DNA of 64,000 bases from Camelus dromedarius. Taxonomy: Eukaryota. Shown here piece by piece: positions 52,481 to 64,000 of this stretch. The translations under genes and the position numbers were made by a program. Within the stretch, counting starts at the first letter, position 1, and every line of letters starts with the position of its first letter. Location: NCBI RefSeq assembly GCF_036321535.1, contig NC_087437.1, positions 111,478,001 to 111,542,000 of the forward strand, in the 5' to 3' direction. The notes beneath the pieces were generated by a model. That model had not been told where the DNA came from. It made no database searches and saw only the letters and a list, made by a program, of their open reading frames with translations.

Positions 52481-53589
52481 GCAATGAAAAGCATACAGAA
52501 CACACTGTTACAGTTCTGTTCCAGTTGAGGTTTTGACTGAGACTCCAAGATGTGGTAAGGATGACTTACCAAAGTGTGTATGAGAACAATTGTTTCCCCC
52601 ACCCCTACCCTACCTGCTGCCCCTGGAGGAATCTGCAGAGCAGATATTGGAGAATGAATTCCCTCCTGCCCTTAAACCTCCTCCCATATTTAAGGAATAT
52701 TAGAGACTGGAGAAAGTGGTGTCAGGGATGACTTCGTAAGGTTTTCTTTGGAGACTGGCTGGGTTGTGAGTTTCAGTCCACCTCCCAATAGAGAAGGTGA
52801 AGTGTATCTGCTCCCTTGCTTCAATCTGGCTGAAAGGAGACTTCAAGGAACCATTTCCAGAGCCCATGTGTCCCCAGGTGATGGCAGACACAGTGACCAG
52901 CAGGAGAATCAAGCTGTTGAGCTAACTAGGGGGCACAACAAAGCTGAGCCAGGTAGATTGTCAACCAGATATGAACTTTGATGGCGGGAAGATCACCTAG
53001 AATCTTAAGTTCTGCCCAAAAAGATAGGCCAGAAGGATGAAGATTCTCTATCAGGCAGCATCCAAGTGTGAAAAGGACCCTGGAAAACCAGGGCAGAGGG
53101 GACCACCAGTCAGAGGGGAGACCTTCTTGGTCATGGGTGTGCAGCTGGGGGTAGGAGTGCAGGAAGTTTCTGAGGGGCCAGGAGAGAGAGTTGGTTCTAA
53201 CCATGCCAGGAGAGTTCAAAACCAGGTTATGACAGAACCAGTTCAAGTGAAACTGTCCTCTCTCCTTTGTCCCCATTTCAGTCTAGGAATGGCATCAGCA
53301 GGGAGTGGGAATGGGGGCTGGGGGTGTTAAAGAGAGCAGAGCCAGCCACATGTCCTGCCCCCATTAGAGGCAGGCGCCCACCTCCACATCCTCCCTGGGG
53401 AAGGAGGATGATTCTTATCCTGGAGTGAAGATTGCAGTGTTGATTAATATCTTGGGCTGAATACTGTCATTTTATCATTGAAATTCTGTTCACAACTTAA
53501 GTGCCTGCCAATTTGTCTACTCCCTAAGGGGGTGCACTCAAATTCCAATAATAGGGGGAGGGTTTCCTTACAAAGTGTCAAATAACGAA

Positions 53590-53990
53590 GGTGAAGACTG
53601 CACACAGGGGAGCCTCAAGAGGTTACAGGCACCCAGGTTAATAGCACAGAGCTGACACCACCCCTCCCTAACGCACAGGGAGAGAGAGGTTACTAGAACT
53701 GGGAGGGAGAGAGAGTTGTGAAGAGCAGAGCACCAGCAGAGGATCACCCTTCCATCAAGGGATGCAGCCAGGTGAGGTGACCTCACAGGGAAGGACACTG
53801 GAGTTGAAATTCCTTGACCTTGTTCTCATCCCTCCCTCCAGTTTCCTGCTGGAGCTCCCCATTGCTCAAATTCAACTGGAATGCAGAGGGCACGAAGCAT
53901 GTGGATAGGATCCATACACATCGGGGTGGAGAGTGGACCTGGAGGGGCAAAGGAAAGGGACCCCACACACAGAGTGTCCTTGTTCTCCCC
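53590..53990. mobile_element. ERVL LTR33-like fragment
   Basis: ttcctgctggagctccccattgctcaaattcaactggaatgcagagggca...ggagagtggacctggaggggcaaa. Confidence 0.5.
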
Positions 53991-55306
53991 GAGGGGCACA
54001 CAAAGGCTGTCCCCACTGAATGAGCTCTAAGGGCACAGTAGGGAGCAAAATTCAAAATAAGGTTCTGTTTTGATTCTGTCTTTCAGCCCATCTTGCCCAA
54101 CATACCAGTTACTCAGACTACCTAATTCAACTCGCATATCTGGCTGGGTTCAAAAGCCTTGGAGTAATTAACAAACAGATGCTAATCTCATTTAATATCT
54201 ATAGCTAGCACTAGAAAAAGAGAGACAAAGTAAGAAAATAAAACTAGGGGAAAGAAGGGACAGGAAAAATGGGAGAAGAAGTGAATGAGACCTTGACACT
54301 TGGTCTGGAAAAAATATATAGTCTTTTTTAAAAAAATGCTCTGGCGATTGGGGAAGATCAGAAATTAATAGCTTCTGATGACAATCATGAACTGGATGTT
54401 AATTGCACACACTTCCTTACATGTACACACAGAATAACAATGAGGTGTGATTACAGGTGCTTGGAGTCAGTCAGCTGACTCCTTTAGTATTTAGAGAGCT
54501 GGCTGCAGCTGCATTTGAAGAGCTTTTGGTCCAACTCTTAATGGTAGAGTGATGTCTGGGAGCCAAAGAGCACTTGCACTGCCCTCCCCAACCAGCTGGT
54601 ACCAAGAGAAAGCCATGCCACACACTCAGCCCCCAAAGACCTTCTGCTACAACCAGAGCCTTTCCAGGGGGATAAAACACAGTGTGGGAATAGTGTGGTT
54701 GATATTTATATCTGTGGTCCAGGGGTGAGACAATAACTACAGGAATATGCTTCACCTTCTTAAAAATCCTCAGAGGCAGGATGCTCTTTAAATAGCTGTT
54801 TCCCCCTCTTAGTTAGTGTGTGGAATCACGATTTTCTGGTCTTGAACAGAGATATTTAATTCTCATGCAAGTTTAAAAAGAATAGGAGAAGAACTTGTGA
54901 TTTTTTTTCAGCAGAATCATGTGTTTGTGCTGGTAAAGAATCACAGAGATGCTTCACCTGCCCGTCTTACTCTACAAATAGAAAAGCTGAGATCTGGTTT
55001 GGTTCAGAAATCAAGGATCCAGTTAGTGGAAGAGACTGGTGGATGTCTGGGCTGTTCGATGTCCAGCACCATCCCCTCTTCTTGGGAAAACTGTCCCCCC
55101 TCCCCTACTCCAACAATGTGGCTGTGGTGGGGCTTCCCATCCTGAAGGACTTTCCCCACTGCCACCCCATCCCAGAGGTGGGCTTGGGTCTGTCTTAGCC
55201 ACCATCTGCCTGGCCACAGAGATTGGCTCTAGCTGAGCAGGTATCAGAATGAGAGCCTATCCAGGTCCATCCTTGGAACTTTTCATGTCAAAGCTTCAAG
55301 GCCAAT

Positions 55307-55458
55307 GGGGAGAGGGTATAGCTCAAGTGGTAGAGCACATGCTTAGCATGCAGAGGTCGTGGGTTCAATACCCAGTACCTCCATTAAAAAAAAAAACGAA
55401 TAATAAATAAATGAATAGACCTAATGACCTCCCTCCCATAAAATAAAATAATTTTTTT
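55307..55458 (+). mobile_element. tRNA-derived SINE, inside an MLT1-like remnant (~55100-55737)
   Basis: gagggtatagctcaagtggtagagcacatgcttagcatgc...gggttcaatacccagtacctcc plus A-tail. Confidence 0.85.
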
Positions 55459-56089
55459 TAAAAAGCTTGGAGGGAGAGTCCTCTGCTCACCCTTCCCTCT
55501 TGAATCATGACCACAGAACTGTCATCAGTCATGTCCCCAGCCATGGGGACTAGCCTGGCAGGACACTGATCCTCAGAACCAGAGGTGAGGTGGAGTAACA
55601 GCAGCATCCCTGCCCCCTCTGCGGTCCCTCCAGTTCTGTGGGTGCCCCTCACAGCATGTCCCCATCAAACGCTGCTGGTGTTTAGCTAGTTAGAATTGGG
55701 TTTCTGTCACTTACCAGCAAGAATCCTGACTAATACGCAGATTCTGATCCAGAGCCTCAGTCTCTCGACCCTGAGGACAGTGGTCACACCACTACACCGA
55801 ATTGTTGAACTATAACACCGTATATTTGATAATGCCTTGTAGTTTTCAAAATATGGTCCCTCAAGAGGCTAACTCTAGAGAATTGCAATATGACGTAAGG
55901 GAAGAATGTATTTCCAGTATAAAATTCTAAAGTCAGCCCTTCATTTCCTTTCCAAGCATGCCTTTGTTTCTTCCTAGTTCTTTCCATCTTTTTTGTGTAT
56001 AACCAGAGGAAGGTCTTGATTAGGGAATAATAGTTTTTAACACCTGTACCAAACACCTAAACTCAACACAGACTGATCCAAAAGTGAAA

Positions 56090-56760
56090 ATTGTGACTCC
56101 TGAATCTGGAATAATACTAGAGAGATCTTAAATATCAAAGATATAAGTTATGTATCTTTAAAGAGATTTGAGGCAATCTTGCATCCATGGCAGAAGGATT
56201 GGAAGATAACATTTAAGAAAATTCACATAAAAGGAGAATAAAATAACTAAGAAACATAAAAATTAGGAAGAACTATAAGGGACAGAAGCAGTCAGTCCAG
56301 GAGGTGCAACATCTGACAGGTGGTTCAAACAGACAGGAAAGACCAAATAAAGGAGACCAAATCATCAAAGGAATAATACAATGTATTTCTCAAAGCCGAA
56401 AGTGGTGACTCTTCATATGGAAAGGATGTACCACTTGCCCAGCACAAAGAATGAAATAATCTCATAGCAAGACTTAGCATGGTAAAGACCAGAATTCCAA
56501 CCTTCAGAAAAGATCCCGAAGTTTCAGAGAAAAAAACTCCAAGAATCAGAGTGATGTTAGATTTCTCATCAGCCACTCAACTTCGGAAGCTGGAAATCTC
56601 AAAATTCAGAGGGCAAATAGTTTTCAGACTAGAATTATGTATCCACTTGAATCATGATCCATGTGCAGTTGACATTTACAGACATAACTAAACTTCAAAA
56701 ATCTTAAACATATCCTTTCTTATGCAGAAATGTGCTGCAACAAGAAATGTGAGATACAAG
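56090..56760 (+). mobile_element. Old L1 ORF1 remnant
   Basis: Translation ...EKKTPRIRVMLDFSSAT...FRLELCIHL resembles the ORF1p C-terminal IRLTADFS motif. Confidence 0.55.
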
Positions 56761-56819
56761 GTCACAGTTCAAGAAAAGTAGATATTTAATAAGTGAAAAG
56801 ATTCTCTACCAGTGTTATT

Positions 56820-58485
56820 TTTAAACTACACTGAAAACCAGTAGCTCACCTATCAATTTGATAAAATCCAGAAGTTTAACCATGTAATCTGTTGCCTAGA
56901 CTATTGTTGGGGAAAACAGGTAGTTTCCTCCACTGCTAATAGGAATACAAGACATTATAACCTCTATAGAAAGGAACTGGGCAGTCTGTAACACAATTAC
57001 ATACGTATGTATCCTTTGGCACAGAAGTCTCACTTTCAGGAACCAACTCCAAAAATAAGATTAAAAACATGAACTCAAGGCATCACTGTCTGCAATAGCA
57101 AAGACTGAAAACAACCCAAACAGCCGCCAGCTGGGAACTGGATGGATGGGCTGTAATATATCCACACAGAGGCGGCACTGTGTATCTGTAAAAAAGAAAC
57201 AGAAATATCTCTACATGCCCCAGAGAGGTCCCCAGAATAAACTAAGTGAAAAAAGCAAGGTGTGAAAAAAGATGTGATTTGCTATTGCACATCTAAAAAG
57301 AGGGAAAGGGAAAGACTAAGTATATACACACATTTACTCATATTTTTTAAATTGAAAGATAAACCAAAAATGTCTTGTAAGTGCTTACTTGGGTGGAGAG
57401 TGACAGGAAGAGAGAAGATTAGAAGCTACAGCTCTAATACTTTATTTTGTAGGTTTGACTTTGGAATCATATAAATATTACATAATTATAAAATCATATT
57501 ATATTAATTACAAAAATTTAAAAAGCAATCTCTAAACACTGAAATATTTAACATATTTAGTGATGGCAAAACTTCTTAGAGAAGAACTATTTCAAGTGAC
57601 TTTAAAACATGAAATTGACAATACATATCTTCTAGGAGATATTCTCAGCACCAGGAAAAAAAAAAAAACAAAAACCCTGGCTCCCCGCCAAAAGATCTTA
57701 AATGATTTTCAGTAATCATGTTCTTGTTGTTGAAATTAATATTATTATTCTGAGTCTGTGTGTGGATTATATATTGAGTAATTACATTATTATTATTGGC
57801 AATAGGATTTTAAGTTTTGGAAAAAAGAGATACAGGTTAGAAAGATAAGGTTAAGTAAAACTTCTAAGGAGGTGATTTTGAATTTTAAAGTATCAGTATG
57901 AACTTATGATGTTTTTTATCTCAAAAAAATAAATATTTACTAGCTCTCTACATTGAATAGGCCTGAACATTGTAACCAACCCAGCAATAATAAGCATCAT
58001 TAGCACCCGGATTATGATAGCTAAATATTTCCTACTTAAAGAAATCAGTAGTACTTGGAGAAATGGCTGAATCCAGAATCAGCGGTAAGAAATGCACAAA
58101 ACGATCCTGAAACATCTTGTCATTCTAGAAAGCAAGTAAGTTATAAAAACCAAAACAAAGCAACTACTACTGTAACCAACATGAAGAGGCTCTCACTGTC
58201 CAAATATGAGGTAATCTGGGCATCAGTAAAGATAGTGGTGATAATCCAATGGATTGGAGCACACAAATAGGTTTAATTGCATGAGCCCATGATGATTAAA
58301 AACAAAAACAAAAACAAAAAAACCCTCAATGTCCACTGTTGGAAGATGCCAGAAAACCCAACTCTTATTTTGAAAACTGGCAAAAAGGAAAAGGAAGGAA
58401 GGAAGAAAAGAAGGAAGGAAGGAAGGAAGAGAGAGAGAAGGAAGGAAGGAAGGAAGGAAGGAAGGAAGGAAGGAAGGAAGGAAGG

Positions 58486-58539
<54 letters not shown>

Positions 58540-58567
58540 AGAGAGAAAGAGAGAAAGAGAGAAAGAG

Positions 58568-58618
<51 letters not shown>

Positions 58619-59452
58619 AAATCAAACATTTATCCCACCTTATTATGAACAGTACCACAGGTAACCAAATAGTTCTTGAAGAAAGATTTTTTTTCCTTTT
58701 TTTTTTAGAAGGATGGTAGTTTATAAATGAAGAAGGAATGATGGAATAAAGAAATCACCATTTTACCCTGCTTAACACATTAAAGGATCTCAGCCATGAT
58801 CATCCCTGGCTGATAACATCACACAAAAAGAGACTCTAACCCTAACCAGACATTACGTGTCCCTTAAGGATAAGACACCACACCACCTATGAGGTATTCT
58901 TGCCCCCTCCCCCCCCCAAAAAGAATACAAATCTGATCCAGCCTCTAAATCTAACTTCACTTTCCTGGAAATGCAGGGAATGGGAAACATGACTAACACC
59001 ACATGGGATCCAATTGGCAGACTCTTCAGGGTGAATAACTCATTTCCTGCATAAATAAATCCCAAATTGAAGAAAAAAAGAGTAGGAAGGGGAGGAAACC
59101 TATAAATTTAGCAGGACTTCAGAGTCATTTCAACCAATTGCCAACACACTTAACTTACTTGCTCCCGCTTTGAACAAATTCATTATAAAAGAAATTATGA
59201 GACAAACTGGGCAGTTTTTAACATTGACTAGATAGTTGATGCAATTAACTATTATTAATGTTTAGGTGAGATAATAGTATTATGGTTTTACTTTTGAAAA
59301 AATCCTCCTTCAGAGATAGGTACTGAAATATTTATACAGATGAAATGACATATTCAGAATTTGCTTCACAGTCGTCCAGAATGGGGAGAGTGGATGGATG
59401 TATGGATGAAATTAAATTACTCACAACTTGAGGGTTGTTGAAGTTGAGTGAT
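56820..59452 (+). mobile_element. Old L1MC/MD-like 3' region, continuing at 60911-60995 past the VDAC2 retrocopy
   Basis: gcaatagcaaagactgaaaacaacccaaa; gagataggtactgaaatattta...gttgttgaagttgagtgat | ggttacaggaagttttatagtactattctt...gtttgaaatt...gataaaa. Confidence 0.7.
58382..58621. repeat. Compound purine microsatellite (GGAA)n-(GAAA)n-(GA)n-(GAAA)n
   Basis: 240 nt with no pyrimidine on the plus strand. Confidence 0.95.
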
Positions 59453-60910
59453 TTTTTTTTCATTTTTCATAAAGTTCTATTTCAGTATTGGTGGGTAGCC
59501 CATTTAACAGTTAAATACATTTAAACAACGTACAGTGACTGCATGGCTGTAGTGTTAGTAACTAGGTAACCGATTCAACTAGAAACCAGCTAACAAGTAA
59601 CAATCTAAATATTTAAAATACTATATATAACTGAATTGCTTTGCTATACACCTGAAACTAACATTGTGCTTCGACTACACGTCAATACAAAATATATAAT
59701 AAAAAATAAAATAAATATTTAAAATACAGCTCTTATCTAGATCATCTTTTGTTTTGATCACCTTCTTGGGTGTGATGGGGGAAGCCTGCTGGTCACACTG
59801 GAATATATTAAGGCCAAATCTTCTGATAGCCATTCCCAGAGGTTTTATTTCAGCTGGATTTCAGCTGGATCCAGCTCCAGGGCGAGCTCAGGTTTGTAGG
59901 CTCTTCTGTCTTGCCAGCACAGTGTCAGCTTCACACCAGACCTCAGAGTCTGAGCAAAGCCCACTCCAATTAAACTAGAGTTGTTGACTTTTGCGGAAAT
60001 GAAATCAGTGGGAACCAACTCATACTCAGCTGCAATGCCAAAGCCAGAGCAGTTGGTCCCTGATGTCCAAGCAGGGTTTATTGAAGTGTCAAGATCTTGA
60101 CATACTTTCTGATAAACTGATCCTCCAAATCCTGTCCCACCATTGACATTACTGTGTAGCTGGAAATGCCCACTCCTGTAGCCCACTGCAAAGTGATTCC
60201 TTGTCGGCTTTTATTTGGCACTGCCCAAGGTCATCTGGTACCCAGCAAGCCAGCCTTTATAACCAAAGACAGCTGAACCATAGATGGCAGGTCCAGCAAA
60301 GCCAAAGTCAACATCACAACCAAGGTTTATGTACTCCCTCTTGTAAGACGACTTGATGTCATCGTGTTTCTTTCCCGCGTTTGGTGAAAAGGTGGTATCA
60401 AGTGTCGGTTCCAAACCTTGCAGATCTGGTCTCTGATGGTGGTTTTCGTTCCCTGAGTGTTATCAGTCTTCCACTTTTCTGTGAAAGTCAGGCCATACTC
60501 CTACCATTTATTTTTGGTCTCCAAGATCCCAGTAACTTTACCAGTGTCTGTATTGGATGAACCAGATGTTGAGAATTCCATGCCACTGCTTGACTTTTTT
60601 TTCATATCCAATTTCACCAACCCCAGAACAAATTGTTTGTTGAAAATATCTCTGGCAGCTTTGCCAAGGTCAGCGTAAGATGAAGGAATACACATCGGCA
60701 GTTCTGTCCGTAGGTCGCCAAGGCGAGACAGTGGGAAGAGGTGACTACTGGTCTTCTGGTGTGTGTGTGGCGGGGAGGGGCTCTCACCGCTGACACTGAC
60801 ACAGCTTGGCTCACTGGGGGGGTCGGGTTGCAGCTGCCATGGCTGGAGGGCTAAGGGAAGGGGACAATCTCCCCACCCCCACCCCCACTCCCACCTCCAC
60901 CTCAACCCTC
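59453..60910 (-). pseudogene. VDAC2: VDAC2 processed pseudogene (full-length retrocopy with 5'UTR, CDS, 3'UTR, A-tail)
   Basis: Intronless fragments LATYGQNC / MCIPSSYADLGKAARDIFNK...TGKVTGILETKNKW* / [11 protein letters not shown]...GWLAGYQMT / [17 protein letters not shown]...[13 protein letters not shown] are VDAC2-like. Start codon mutated to TTG (60721-60719), in-frame stops at 60501-60503 and 60211-60213, frameshifts. A-tail at 59453-59460; TSD TGAAGTTGA(G/A)TGAT at 59439-59452 and 60911-60924. Confidence 0.95.
59622..59711 (+). mobile_element. 5'-truncated L1 3' end inserted in the VDAC2 retrocopy 3'UTR
   Basis: ataactgaattgctttgctatacacctgaaactaacattgt resembles the L1 3' end also seen at 63213-63280. 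A-rich tail; perfect 16-bp TSD TAAATATTTAAAATAC at 59606-59621 and 59712-59727. Confidence 0.85.
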
Positions 60911-61074
60911 TGAAGTTGAATGATGGTTACAGGAAGTTTTATAGTACTATTCTTGCTGCTTTGGCAAACGTTTGAAATTGTCTATGATAAAAATTTATTT
61001 TAAAAGAATCATGCAAATTTTGCATATACTCTGTTATATACCGATGCTTGTTTCAACATTAAAATGTAACTTTT

Positions 61075-61225
61075 GGGGGGTGTGAGTATAGCTCAAGTAG
61101 TAGAGCACATGCTAAGCCTACATGAGATCCTGGGTTCAATCCCCAGTACCTACCTCTTCTAAACATAAATAAATAAACCTAATTACCTCCCCCCCAGAAA
61201 AATAACAAAAATAAATACATTTTTT
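61075..61225 (+). mobile_element. tRNA-derived SINE (vic-1-like)
   Basis: 13-bp TSD AAATGTAACTTTT at 61062-61074 and 61226-61238. Confidence 0.9.
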
Positions 61226-61330
61226 AAATGTAACTTTTTACCAAAAATCTTTGCCAAAAATGGATACCCCAGAGAGAATTGCTGTGTTTACTTTGAGGAT
61301 TTGTATACCCACAACATGACATTGCCCCAC

Positions 61331-61820
61331 GTGGTAGGCTGAATAATAGCTCCCTCCAAATATCCACATCCTAATCCTGGGAACCTGTGAGTATTACTTC
61401 CTATGGCAAAAGCAACTTTGCAGATGTCCCTTAAGGATGTCAAATTAAGGATTTTGAGATGGTGAGATTACCCTAGATTATCTGGGTGGACACAATGCCA
61501 TCATAAATATCTTTATAAGAAATAAGAAGAGAGATTTGACTACAGAAGAAGGAGATATGACAAAGGAATTGAGAGGGGGGAAAAAAAGTGTGGTGGGAAC
61601 AGGAGCCAAGGAATGAAGACAGCCTCCAGAAGCTGGAAAAGGCCAGGAAACAGGTTGTCCCCCAGGGCCACCAGAAGGAAACCATCCTGGCAACACCTTG
61701 ATTTTCACCCCGTAACTCATTTTGGATTTCTGACTTCTAGGACTGTAAAATAATACATCTGTGTTGTTTTAAGCCACCAAATCTGTGGTAATTTGTTATG
61801 GTAGCCATAGGACAAATACA
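61331..61820 (+). mobile_element. MaLR MLT1D-type LTR
   Basis: gtggtaggctgaataat...ctttgcagatgt...gcctccagaagctggaaaaggccagg...ttttaagccaccaaatctgtggtaatttgtta...aataca. Confidence 0.85.
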
Positions 61821-62481
61821 TCCCAGTTTGCACATCCCAGGTGTACTGGGCGGAGCACGGAGGCTGCCCCACCTGACTGGATCCCAGCTCTCCGCCTGGA
61901 AAACGGGGCTCCTGACACCTGAGCAGAGTACTGTGAGATTCACAGAAAGCACTGAGCACAGTGGACATCTCAGGCCATTGCTCAGTAAACCTTTGTTCCC
62001 GCCTCTCTTCCCTTCCTGTCTCCTTCCCCCCCCCCACCCCCCGTACTCCATCTCTGGTCACAGTGATAGCCTAATGACTGTGCGCATTTCCTATAAAGAA
62101 AACACTGAAGGAAAAACAACGTCACCTTCAAGTTTTAGGTTATAAATTAAAGTGAGACAAAAACCAATGCCAAACGTCAAGGTCTTCGAGGTATTTGTTA
62201 AGATAGACATGTCATTATTATCTCAGAGAGTTGACCTTGATGGAAGTATTAGTTCTTACTTATGTCAAGGGGGAAAATAATTTTTTAATCAGTTTTTCTA
62301 CCAGGGCACTTTTGTGGGTACTTAAAAGTTAAGATTATTACCAGAGCAGAAAATTCATTTTAACAATCAGTAGTTTGTTAGAAGTGAAAATTCCAAACTA
62401 ATGAAATTAAAATTATGTTCAATTGGAAAATGTATCAAGGAAGAAAGGGAGGGAGGGAGGGGAGAGAAGAAGGGAGGGGTG

Positions 62482-62935
62482 AAGGTGTCAACTTAACTGC
62501 ATCACCAGATGCCCTGATATCTCATTAACACTATTTCTGGGAGTGTCTGTGAGGGTTTCCAGAAGACATTAGCATTTGAATCAGTGGACTCAGTAAAGCA
62601 GATGACCCTCCCCAACTTGGTGGGCACCCTTCAATCCTTTGAGAGCCTGAATAGAATAAAAAATTGAATTCTGTCTCTACCTGACTGAATATCAGTCTTT
62701 CTCTGCCTCGTTCTCAAGCCCTCAGACTTGAACTGCTTGCACACACTGAGATATGTACATATATTTATACAAGCACACATATATACACATATATTATAGT
62801 ATGTATATTTGCAATGAAATTGATTATAAGAAATTGGCTTATACAATTATGAAAGCTGAGAATTCGTGTGTGTATGTATGTATATACATATATATATCTC
62901 CTCCTATTGGCTCTGTATCTTGAGAACTTTAATAC
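62482..62935 (+). mobile_element. ERVL MLT2-type LTR
   Basis: gtgtcaacttaactg...ttagcatttgaatcagtggactcagtaaagcagatgaccctcccca...ctcctattggctctgtatcttgagaac...aataca. Confidence 0.75.
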
Positions 62936-63004
62936 AGAAGGAAGGAAAGAAAAGAAGAAAAAGTAAATTTGTCTATAATTCCTCAATTTTAAAAAGGTTA
63001 TATA

Positions 63005-63310
63005 TCACAGACATAGAAAACACACTTATGGTTACCGAACGGGAAAGAGCAAGCAGGGATAAATTGGGAGTTTGGGATTAGCAGATACACACTACTATGC
63101 ATAAATGAGATAAACAACAAAGACCTATTGTACAGCACAGGGAACCATATTCAATATCTTGTAATAACCTACAAAGGTAAAGAATCTGAAAAAGAACAGG
63201 CATACATACATGTATAACTGAATCACTTTGCTGTACAGCTGAAACAACACAACATAGTAAATCAACTATACTTCAATTTGAAAATGTAAAAAAAAAAAAT
63301 CAAAAACAAA
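63005..63310 (+). mobile_element. L1 3' end
   Basis: cacagacatagaaaacacacttatggttacc...ataactgaatcactttgctgtacagctgaaacaacacaacatagtaaatcaactatacttcaat plus A-tail. Confidence 0.85.
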
Positions 63311-63314
63311 CAAG

Positions 63315-63720
63315 AACAACCATTCAAATAGCTCAAAATCTCACGATTCTATAGATGAGCCATTTAATTCAGGCTCAGCTGGTGCTCTTTGGATTTTGGC
63401 TGTGCTCACCCACGGGTCTATGGTCAGCGGCTGGTCAGCTAGGGCGCTCCACTCCCAGGGGTTAGCTGGCTGTTGACTGGGTGGCATGTCTCCGATCACC
63501 CAGCAGGCTAGCCGGTGCTTGTTCACACAGTGACTGGGCAGGGGCCTGGGACAGTGGGCACACGGATGGCCTCTTAAGTCCTTGGCCTGAAACTTACACA
63601 ACTTAGCAGTTCTACCTATTAGTCAAAGACAAAACAAGTCGTCAAAGACAAAACAAGTCATCAAATCAAAAACATGGAGAAATTGGCTTCAATTTTTGAT
63701 GTGAAGAGAATGCAAAGTTA
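63315..63720 (-). mobile_element. MLT1-family LTR fragment
   Basis: ctcacgattct...ggctcagctggtg...ccagcaggctagcc...cttgttcac...ttgatgtgaagagaatgcaaag. Confidence 0.6.
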
Positions 63721-63774
63721 CTGGGTGTACCAGGAGAAGAATTACAGGCATTTTTCCAATACACCATATATATC

Positions 63775-64000
63775 TATTGGTATTGACATTTTTGAAAACT
63801 GTTTAGCAGTACCTAGCAAAGCTATGCTCATCAACCTACTCTTCATATATAACCAATATACAAATTAGTAGTTATGTCCACCATATATGTGAAAAAGAAT
63901 GTTCATAATAGTGAAAAACTGGAAAGAACCCAAGTATTCATCAACAGGAGAATGGATAAATCAATCAACCACAGAATATTCATACAATGGAATAGCATAC
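63775..64000 (+). mobile_element. Old L1M fragment (runs off the window)
   Basis: gaaaactgtttagcagtacctagcaaagct...aaactggaaagaacccaagtattcatcaacaggagaatggataaa. Confidence 0.7.

Noticed and set aside
58273..58719. Lys/Glu/Arg-rich and Phe/Leu/Ser-rich ORFs
   Set aside because: Translations of the purine microsatellite.
60501..60905. 134-aa N-terminally extended VDAC2-like ORF
   Set aside because: It starts at TTG in retrocopied 5'UTR and stops early. The rest of the CDS has stops and frameshifts, so no beta-barrel could form.
1..64000. A novel multi-gene system (operon, CRISPR array, defence island or similar)
   Set aside because: The sequence is mammalian, intron-containing and repeat-rich. 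There is no regular repeat-spacer array and no long unexplained ORF. Every ORF with recognisable protein similarity is MIS18A, the VDAC2 retrocopy or L1.
50400..64000. MRAP coding exons (expected upstream neighbour from human synteny)
   Set aside because: No MANGTNASAPYYSYEYY-like sequence was seen; the coding part probably lies beyond the window.

Overview
Mammalian genomic DNA, very probably camelid (inferred from eight copies of a tRNA-derived SINE with the head GGGGAGGGTATAGCTCAGTGGTAGAGC...GGTTCAATCCCCAGTACCTCC, which resembles the Tylopoda vic-1 family). There is one intact protein-coding gene, MIS18A (centromeric CENP-A loading factor). It lies on the minus strand with 5 coding exons (49928-49586, 46954-46888, 42518-42396, 40060-39964, 39353-39273; 711 nt, 236 aa), all GT-AG and in phase, with a CpG-island promoter and a tandem poly(A) signal. 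About 9.5 kb upstream is a full-length, disabled VDAC2 processed pseudogene (59453-60910, minus) with target-site duplications. It interrupts an old L1 and is itself interrupted by a younger ~90-bp L1 3' end. The rest is intergenic and repeat-rich: L1, L2, MIR, MaLR/ERVL LTRs, several ERV1-like solo LTRs with 4-bp TSDs, MER DNA transposons and microsatellites. Repeat subfamily names are from recall and boundaries are approximate unless a TSD is cited. I found no evidence of a novel multi-gene system. The most interesting unexplained signals are an orphan CpG island (~30.6 kb), a CpG-retaining AT-rich patch (~18.1 kb), a 56-bp motif-dense element duplicated 1.3 kb apart (~23.2/24.5 kb) and clustered substitutions in MIS18A exon 3.
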